From the human T2T-CHM13v2.0 reference genome, Homo sapiens, in NCBI RefSeq assembly GCF_009914755.1, contig NC_060930.1: DNA of 64,000 nucleotides; one strand, written 5' to 3'. Of the stretch, positions 52,059-64,000 are shown piece after piece. How positions within the stretch are numbered: the stretch's first letter is position 1; every line of letters begins with the position of its first letter. The notes under the pieces were generated by a model, which saw only the letters and a list, made by a program, of their open reading frames with translations, had not been told where the DNA came from and did not search any database. The position numbers and the translations under genes were made by a program.

Positions 52059-52114
52059 CTCTCTGTAGTTAACACGCCCATTGTGAAGCTGAAGAAACTC
52101 CAGAGCTCTGTGTC
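52059..52114 (-). CDS. GPLD1: GPLD1 exon 2 (56 nt)
   Basis: HRALEFLQLHNGRVNYRE; tctcag acceptor, gtag donor. Confidence 0.95.
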
Positions 52115-52614
52115 CTGAGAGAAATAAATACATAAATCAATTAAGTTCAACTATTACTGAAAACATAACTTAGGCGAGATGATTTTAAAAGAAAAATACA
52201 CAATTTGTGGTTATAACTGTCAAGGACGCAGGAAATGAAATGAGTTTGCACTCACTGGCAATTTTCATTAGGTATAGGCTTGTGCAGTATTTCTATTGTT
52301 ATAGTACAAAGCAAGTTTAGATGGTGATTTAAAGTTTCTGCTTAACTATTAAATAACTCTATGAGCTTTAGTGCTATTCAACCTCTCTAGACCTCAGTTC
52401 CCTCCTATGGAAAAGAGTTTAAAAAATACCCACCGTATAGGTTGGTTGAAATAATAAATGCTAAGTGACAAGCACAGTGGCTGACACTTGGTAGGAGCTC
52501 AAGAAAAAGAAACTGCCAGACCACACATGGTGGCTCACACCTGTAATCCAAGAACTTTGGGAGGCCGAGGAGGGCGGATCACCTGAGGTCAGGAATTCAA
52601 GACCAGCCTGATCA

Positions 52615-52818
<204 letters not shown>

Positions 52819-54108
52819 TCATCATATTTTGCTTCAGTACTGAGGCAGACAAACCTAAGTACAAAATACAATATAACACCTAACCTATGGACTGAACCAA
52901 TGATCCTCAAAAGTTTTTCATCATTGGACCAGAAGGACAAAATCATCTCAGAAAGCTACCAACTACACCCCACACCCACCCACAGCCTGAATCTCCCAAG
53001 AATCAATAAGAGGACTAACATTCCCTGGGAAGTGACATTCAAAGGTGATACCTTATTTCTGTTGTGAATCACCTCCAATTTTTAAAATTCATATAACAAA
53101 AAACTATTGCCACTACTATAAGCATTAATATCATAAAAGTCACAACCCACAAATACAAATAACCTGTGTACAGGATTCCAGTGATTTACGCTGAATGAAG
53201 CCATTTCTAATTAACTCACTCAGATAATGCTGACCTTCCACTCAGGCCCCTTTATAAGAAATGAAAAAGTGAACCAAAATATTTATAAAATCATCTAATT
53301 TATTAGTAAATAAATGATGGAGTTTTGGTCTTCTTCTATGTAAAAAAATTCTCAGAATCCGTGCAGATTCTATTTCAGGAGATGCCTTCAATTATGTTCA
53401 CATAAATATTATTCTTTAAATGTCCATTAGGACCTTTGTTTGGTACTTAATGAAGAAGGGCAAGCAATTATCTGGTTTTATTAAAATTTCAGATGCAATC
53501 TGTCTTGTAAATTTTTAAACACTAAGGATTAAAAATGGAGTATTTCCATTTATATTTGTTCCTCATCAGCTTACTCTGTAGTTTTGGCAATTTCAACTTC
53601 ACAGAACATAGAACTGCAAGACACTTTAGAATTCTTTAAGAAGTTCAACCCCCTCATTTTATAGAATTGAGAGGTAGGTAAAAAGTGAATTGCTCAGAAT
53701 CACACATCTACTTTACTGGATGGCTGGAACTAGAACCTAAGTCTGATCCTCTTTTCCATTGTTTCCTGACTCCCTTCTAGCAGTACATTTTTAATGGAAA
53801 GAACGCCGGACCAGCTGTCAGGACATGTAATTCTAGGCCAGGCCACTGAAAACTTAGCTGTAAAACTGTCTAGTATCAGTTTCTTCATCTGTAAAAGAAG
53901 AGAACTGGACTCGGTGACTTCTAGTGTCCTTTCAGATAGTCAAATTCTGTGATAACAGGTTCTTGCCCATCGTAGCTCAGTATATATGTCTATTTTGCAC
54001 TGATAAATTTTCATTTTTTGCCTATAATCTTATTATTCTTTGAAACTTCTGGAGGTGGTACAACTATAAAATTCTGTTATAATTTTTATCTAAATTAAAG
54101 AAAACTCA

Positions 54109-54414
<306 letters not shown>

Positions 54415-55397
54415 TCAGAACATCAGGTATATCTGAAATTAATCTGAAAATTGCTGTAGAATGTTATCACAGCTAATTCTATTACAAATTGACTCACGTT
54501 TTCCATGCGTTAAAACATGTTACAAATACACTTCATACAAGAACCAAATCCTTTTGCTAAGAAAGATCTTAAGTGTTCTCAGCCCATATGCAAAAAACAT
54601 GGTAGCTATGTGGGGGGGGCGGATGTGTTAATTAGCTTGATTGTGCTAATCATTTCACAAGGCATACATATATCAACACATCATGTTGTATATCTTAAAT
54701 TTATACAATTTTTGTCAATTATACATCAATAAAGCTAGAAAAATAAAAATTTTAAATAACTCTTTGTGGTGCCATCTCCCTATATCCAGGATGACTCTGC
54801 CCTTGCCCCTAAGGTCGGTGGCACTGGCTTGCTGTACCCTTCTGCTCTCCAACTCCTGCCATCTTCCTGGCACCGTGCATGTGGATAACTAAACTCCCTT
54901 ACTTTCTTGACCTTCCTGAAGCCAAGCACTTTTACAGCAATTTGACTCAGGGACCCACTCCCATGGCCACATATGGCTCTTTACATATACTTGGAAATGC
55001 CTGTCCTTGGACATGTAAAAACAACAAAAGTACATTTCTCACTCCTGCCATATTCCACCCATCTTGTTCCTCTCCCATTCTGTCAGTTCTGCTGCCACGT
55101 TGCAACCTCTCGTTCACTGAGCCTCTCACTATTTCCCCACCCAGAGAAACACACAGGGGTCCCATGACCAATGGGGCATCAGCTCTCTTTCTTATTTGCC
55201 CCTTAACTGAAGTCATGCTGCCAATCCCTATCCCTGGATGACTGCAATCACCGGCTTCTCCTCCCTGCTGTCAGGCCACTCAGCTCAGTGCCCAGGGGAA
55301 ACTGTATCAATCCACGAGCGGGATTTTCAGTCTCTTCCTTAATGTCTTTGACAGATGTATTGTCCTCTCAACAACATAACAAGACACCAGTACTTAC

Positions 55398-55494
55398 CTA
55401 TTTCTACGTGTGTTGAAAGGCCACACGGTGAACCTCTATGGCAGAGAGAACCCAACATGATCAGCAGGCCAGGCCACAACCTGAAAGCAGACAT
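55398..55494 (-). CDS. GPLD1: GPLD1 exon 1 coding part (97 nt), signal peptide and His29
   Basis: ATG at 55494; MSAFRLWPGLLIMLGSLCHRGSPCGLSTHVEIG; donor gtaagta. Confidence 0.97.
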
Positions 55495-56405
55495 GATCTC
55501 ATTGCCCACCGGCTTCTCTGGTGACGTGGGAATGCTCAGAGCTGCAGCAGCACTGGGACTCCAAAATCCAGGTGCAGACCCACCGCTTCTCTCTAAGCAG
55601 GTCACTGACCGAGGAAACCAAGCCTCATTTCAAAATAATATCGTTTTCCAATGAAGTCAACTGTCCAACTACTGTTTAGCTTCACCAGAACAGCAAACAA
55701 ACTCTGTGCTCCTGGGGGGTGGGGTTGGGAGGATAAACTGAAATCTGAAAAGCCTTAGGCCAGAAGCACTGCATCTTCTGACCGAGGTTTTTTCTGGATT
55801 TCATTTTAACATGAAATTTGTGTAGAGATGCAAGCAAAGTTGTCTCCAGATATTTTTTGCTTTCTATAAAAAGGCTCACCTGTGCAGATAGTCAACATAT
55901 TAGACCACCTCACCTTACAAGGGTGGATCTCTCATGCATCCTTTCTACACATTTATCAGGCTGTCCTGCTTCCTCCGCCTCCCAAGCCACAAGTGCTGGG
56001 AAAGTTTTATGGTAATCAGCTGGAACTGGCTTCCTTTTCAGTATTTGGCAACAGATACTGACACTTGTATGGGATTACACAAGAGCAGCCACTCCTGGTC
56101 TCTCTACCTCTGGCTGTTCTAATAGGGCTTATCCAGAGCCTGTTGCAAGGTCAGATTCCTGCAGCTGAAGCAAAGATGTCAATTCCACTTGGGAGGTGGA
56201 AGGAAGGGGGCAGATTTAGGGCCAAGAAACAGGGTTTGGAAAATGTTAAGCTCACGATATATTATTAGGTACCCACTTACACTTCATCCATGGGAAAAAT
56301 TAAGCTCTTCATGAAACTGATGGTAATCTTAAAACACAAATTATGCATATTTTACATTAAAAGCAAGAGATGGGCTCCTAAAAGAGTGGGAGGAAATAGT
56401 ATTCA

Positions 56406-56889
<484 letters not shown>

Positions 56890-57584
56890 CTACTCCTGAT
56901 TAGTCCAGAGGCCATATGCCTACGTGTTTTGTTTGGCTAACAGGATGTTTTATAAACTTAAATCAAGTTTATGAACTTTTTCTAAATGAGAAAATTCACG
57001 TAGAAATCTAGATTTCTGGCTCTCTTAAAAACAAAAGAACTGGCATCATGAACTGACGCTCCCATGTGACACGACAACCAGCTGCAGCCAAAGAGTCAGC
57101 TGCCCCCTGATAGAGCATGTCCTGCTCCTCCAGTCCCCACCATCCATGCAATGTGTGCAGGTTTCCACACCCCTTCTGGCCACCAGAGGCCTTTGAGTTT
57201 GCCTCCCTGTCACTCTGGGCCTTCTACAGACTGTGCGTGAGGGAGTCACAATTATTAATTGGGACTTTGGATATTGTCTCTCAGAACATCCAAGAGCAGT
57301 CAATCAATGGTTACAGGGGAAAAAAATACTGCTAGAAAAGATATCTAACCATATATAATACAACAAACCCATCCAAAAAGCACCAAAGAAATGGGTTCAG
57401 AACAGGTGTGGTGGCTCACGCCTATAATCCCAGCACTTTAGGAGGCCAAGGCGGGCAGATGGCTTGAGGCCAGGAGTTCAAAACCAGCCTGTGCAACATG
57501 GCAAAATCCCGTCTCTACCAAGAAAAAAACAAAAACAAAAATTAGCCGGGCATGGTGGCATGCACTTATGGTCCAAGCTACTCA

Positions 57585-57680
<96 letters not shown>

Positions 57681-58174
57681 TCAAAAAAAAAAAAGGAATG
57701 GGTTCAGTTACCAAACAATACTAATCCCAAATGTCTCAATTTCTCATTATGCATTTTTTTGTATTTGAGATTCAGAATGACATAAACGTATAAATGTAAT
57801 AAAATAAGAGGAAATTATTTGCTTAGTGTGATAGTTATGAATATGGTCTTTATATGACAATATTGCTTGCAGTTTTATGAAGTTTGTATTACTTTGGTAA
57901 CAATAAAAACATCAAAGATATGACTTTAAAGAAAGTTAAAACGTAGCTCACAATATTACTATCTGACAAATAATAAGCATATGGAAATATTTTTCTTTCT
58001 GCCCCACACCCCCCTTTCCTAATATAGGTGGCTTTGTTATAAACAAGACAGCATGATTCTACCATTTAGAACTCTTCTGGAAATAGAGACCCAAGGTGAA
58101 AAGTAAACATACAGTTACATTAAGGAGTGAGTAGGGAGAATACAGGTTTGAAAGCCAGAGGGTCTCAAGCTTTA

Positions 58175-58733
<559 letters not shown>

Positions 58734-59161
58734 TTACACTCTGAATGGGGGCTTGAAGAGGGGCACAAAACTGAGGGAAAAGGGGAGGGCCACATTGTGA
58801 ACTTTCTAAGCTCCAGGCGCTTTTGCCTTTGTGAAGTACTTCCTGTCACAAAAATAAGTAAACAATAAATAGAAATCACATTTTACATCTGCATTGGTGT
58901 AAGATTAACATATTAATATGCCACCTAAAACTTCTTTTCTTCAGATTTTAGAATAAATTAAACATTTGTGAGTGCTCCTAAAAGTTTTATGGGCCCTTGG
59001 CATCGTACCTACTGTGCGTAATGGATAAGTCATCTGGGAAAGGGAGTGGGTACCGTTTGAAATAGAACCTTAAAAAGGTAAGTGGGCTAGGGTAATTTTT
59101 GAACAAGAGAGGCAGCCACAATTAACTTGGCTTTTCTGGGCCTCAGTTGATTGAGGCCTCA

Positions 59162-59662
<501 letters not shown>

Positions 59663-60409
59663 TTAAACTCTACTGTTATCACTTCTGCCATATGTGACTG
59701 GCTCAAAACTCAATGGATCTGACTCAGCAAAAGACAAAGTCAAAATTTAAAGTTACTGCCTCGGCATTTTGCAAATGTCCTAGAAAAAAATTCAACGTCC
59801 TAGAAAAAGGTGAAAGCTAGCAAGATACTCTCAACGCTGTAGGAGTTGAGAAAGGGAGATATGTAACCTAAAATCAATGCATAGGGCTGGGCTTCATTTG
59901 CACCCACAAATTCCCAGCATACGCCTGCTATTTTTATTTTTATCCTCATTAGGTTTTAAGCTTCCCTGCTGCTTTCAGAGTCTTAAGCCCAAGTCTAATT
60001 TTTTAACGGATGAAGAATGCTGTTTAAAGGTGCTCAAATACCTTGGTTGGATAGTATGCTCAATCCTTATACCTTGGTTGATTCAATTTTGACAAATGCT
60101 TCCATTTACTAGTTGGTGACCCAACTTTAATCTTACTAGTGGCTTGACTAGGGTAGCTAGTATGACTTTGAACGCTATATTGAATTTAATGTGGCAACTG
60201 TAATGAGCATTTTACGTTATCTCACAACAAAATGGGGTAGATATGGTTCTATTTTATAAGTGACTGGACGAAGGTTAACCTGTCGGTCACACAGCTTGTC
60301 GGCAACAGACTTGAGTTTGGATCCTAGTCTGTTTATTTCCAAAGCGCTGTTATTTATCGGGAGCAACCCTAGGAGAATGCCTAGACACACACCCAAAAAA
60401 GCAGCCAGG

Positions 60410-61430
<1,021 letters not shown>

Positions 61431-62419
61431 CCTGTGCTCAGTTCCCCAGGGTATACAAAGTGGAAAGTCAGAGCAACAAGGGAGACGACCGACAAATAAG
61501 TTTGGAGCTTCCACTTTGAGCCGGGCACTAGGGACACGACCCCTGCCCTCAAGCCTCATCAAGTTATGCACTGCCCAGTAGGGGAGGCAGAACGTGAGCG
61601 CCTAATACAAGCGAGCTGCTTGTTATGGTCAACAAGCCTAACCGTGGAGGGGCGGGGAGAAAGGGGAGGGGTGTCAGGGAAGTGAGAGCACGTGTGGCCC
61701 TTCAGAGTAGCTGAAATATCTCCGCAGCTGCAGGGAGCCCACGCAGGAGGCTGCTTCAGCGGCCCTTGAGAAGGCTGGTAGTGAGGGCCCCTGGCCAGAA
61801 TCATGGGATCGGAAACGGAGAGAACTGTAGAAAGATTTGGGTTTTGTGCAGGGGAAGAGAGAAATCCAGGAGCGTTCTCCAGGTTTTCACCCTAAATGGA
61901 TAAATGCTGCTATTGGCCATTGCATAGAGAACACTGGAGAATTGGGAGTAAGGGGTGGAGGGCCATTAAATGGGAAGAATAGAGTAAGAAGAAAACTAAG
62001 AAAGTAGTTTCTTCCTTCTAATATTATATTATTAAACCTGGAGTCAACGCAGTGAAATTTTTTACCCTGTCCTTCAAAGCTCTCCCTCTGAAGGAATGCA
62101 TCCAGCGATCCCTACGAGTACAAGAGAGTCTTAGCACTCATTCATCCATCAGCTGTTTACTGAGCACCTGCTGTATGCCCTGCACTGTTGGAGGTGCTTG
62201 GGATACCTCAGTTAAACGAAAGAAGGATTCTGCCCTTATGGAGCTCACATGGGGTGGAAGGGGAGCAGAAGAGAGATCAGAACTCTAAACAACAAACATA
62301 ATATCTAAGCAAATAAGTATGTGAGAGATGCTGAGTGCAATATGGAAAAAAGGTAGAAGCAGGAGAGGATCCGGGCCAGAGGGAAGGGGCAAGATGCAGC
62401 ATCAACAGTGTGACCAGGC

Positions 62420-62918
62420 ATATTCCTCTGCTAGGGCTGCCATAGCAAAGTACCACAGACTGGGTGGCCTGAACAACAGACATTTCTCATTTTACCGCTC
62501 TGGAGGGTAGAAATCCCAGATCGAGGTGTTGTCAGAGTTGGTTTCTTCTAAGGCCTCTCATTGGCTTGCAGAGAGCTCAGTTTTTGTCTTTGTATCTCAT
62601 CAGACCTCAATTTTAGACTCATGGAGTCTGAGATGTCTGTTCACGCCCAAGTGAGGATGTAAAGTAAGCAGTTGGTTATATGAATGAATCTTCCCTGTGT
62701 GTCTCCACATGGTCTTTCCTCTGTGTGTATATGTGTCCTAATCTCTTCTTCTTTTAAAAACAGGAGTCAGATTGGATTGGGGCCCACCAGAATGACCTCA
62801 TCATAACTTAATTCCCTTTTTAAAGACCCTATTTCCAAATGCACTCACATTCTGAGATACTGGGGGGTTAGGACTTCGACATGTCAATTTTGCCAGGAGC
62901 ACCATTCAGCCCGTAACA
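62420..62918 (-). mobile_element. MLT1-type MaLR LTR inside L2 remnants
   Basis: GGGCTGCCATAGCAAAGTACCACAGACTGGGTGGC...GGGGGTTAGGACTTC...CAGCCCGTAACA. Confidence 0.75.
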
Positions 62919-62969
62919 TCAGGGTAGGTCTCATTGAGGACATGAGATACAAAGACCAAAGGAGGTAAG

Positions 62970-63607
62970 TGTGTCCGGAGTTGGTTCCTGCCGGTAGGTT
63001 TGTGGCCTCGCTGACTTCAAAAATGGAGCCGCGGACCTTTGCAGTGAGTGTTACAGCTCTTAAAGATGGCATGGACCCAAAGAATGAGTGGTAGCAACAT
63101 TTATTGTGAAGAGCAAAAGAAGAAAGCTTCCACAGCGCGGAAGGGGACCCGAGTGGGTTGTCGCTGCTGGGTGGGTGGGGCGTGGTGGCCAGCTTTTTAT
63201 TCCCTTATTTATCCCTTCCAGTGTTCCGTTTCTGTCCCATCAGAATGCCTTTTTTTCAATCCTCCCTGCGATTGGCTACTTTTAGGATCCTGCTGATTGG
63301 TGTGTTTTACAGAGCGCTGATTGGTGCATTTTACAGAGCGTTGATTGGTGTATTTTACAATCCTCTTGCTAGCTACAGAGCGCTGATTGGTGTGTTTTTT
63401 ACAGAGCACTGATTGGTGCATTTTACAATCTCCTTGGTAGCTCCAGATCGCTGATTGGTGCATTTTACAGTCCTCTTGCTAGCTACAGGGTGCTGATTGG
63501 TGTGTTTTACAGGGCGCTCGTTGGTGCATTTTACAATCCTCTTGTAAGACAGAAAAGTTCTCCAAGTCCCCACTCGACCCAGGAAGTCCAGCTGGCTTCA
63601 CCTCTCA
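62970..63607 (-). mobile_element. ERV9 LTR12-family solo LTR
   Basis: Minus strand starts TGAGAGGTGAAGCCAGCTGGACTTCCTGGG; tandem CTGATTGGTG(C/T)(A/G)TTTTACA repeats with 8 CCAAT boxes; 4-bp TSD TAAG (62966-62969, 63608-63611). Confidence 0.9.
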
Positions 63608-64000
63608 TAAGGACATTCAGCTAGAGCCAAAGTAGAAGCATGGCTGACACATTTGCAGAACAGCAAGGAGGCCCGTGTGGACTGAGCAAAGGGGAAGAGT
63701 TGTATCAGAGGAGGTCATAGGGAGAAGGGGAAGAGTGGGTGGAACATGTAGGACCTGTGAGTTATTCTAAGGACTTGGTTTTTACTTTGAGTAAAGAGGG
63801 GGCTGTGTCAGGGTTTTAAGCAGAGATATGATCTGATTTACATTTTGAAAGGCCACTCTAACCACAGTGCTGAGAATAGATGAAGAGTGGTGGAAGCAGA
63901 GAGACAGGTTAGGAGGTTGTTGCACGGATTTAGGTGGGAGGCCACGGTGGCTTGAACCAGGGTGGTAGCAGTGGACAAGGTGAAGAGTTATCCCATAAAG

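Noticed and set aside
60135-60160. CTTGACTAG resembling a Y RNA 3' stem
   Set aside because: No matching GGCTGGTCCGA 5' end; context looks MIR-like
63240-63540. Repeat array superficially like a CRISPR locus
   Set aside because: Internal U3 tandem repeats of LTR12; no unique spacers, eukaryotic context

Overview
Human (or very close primate) genomic DNA, recognisable as the GPLD1/ALDH5A1 locus (6p22). The minus strand carries GPLD1 (secreted GPI-specific phospholipase D) coding exons 1-22 (ATG at 55494 to 2604). They splice through GT-AG junctions into an intact 2358-nt (786-codon) frame; the remaining 3' exons lie beyond the left edge. The plus strand carries the CpG island and coding exon 1 (60978-61331) of ALDH5A1 (mitochondrial SSADH), head-to-head about 5.5 kb from the GPLD1 ATG. 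Introns are packed with roughly 65-70 Alu pieces, a 5'-truncated L1PA2, four solo ERV LTRs, MLT1/L2/MIR/DNA-transposon relics, a 3'-truncated U6 copy and a decayed tRNA-Ile(AAT) copy. Almost all ORFs in the supplied track are Alu or chance frames. I see no evidence of a new multi-gene system. The most unusual items are a tRNA-Ile/Alu-right-arm chimeric retrocopy nested in a MER4 LTR, a non-Alu ~155-bp direct repeat bracketing GPLD1 exons 21-22, an overlapping out-of-frame uORF at the GPLD1 start, and an ERV9 LTR12 pointing toward GPLD1 from ALDH5A1 intron 1. Repeat family names come from remembered consensus sequences, not a search.
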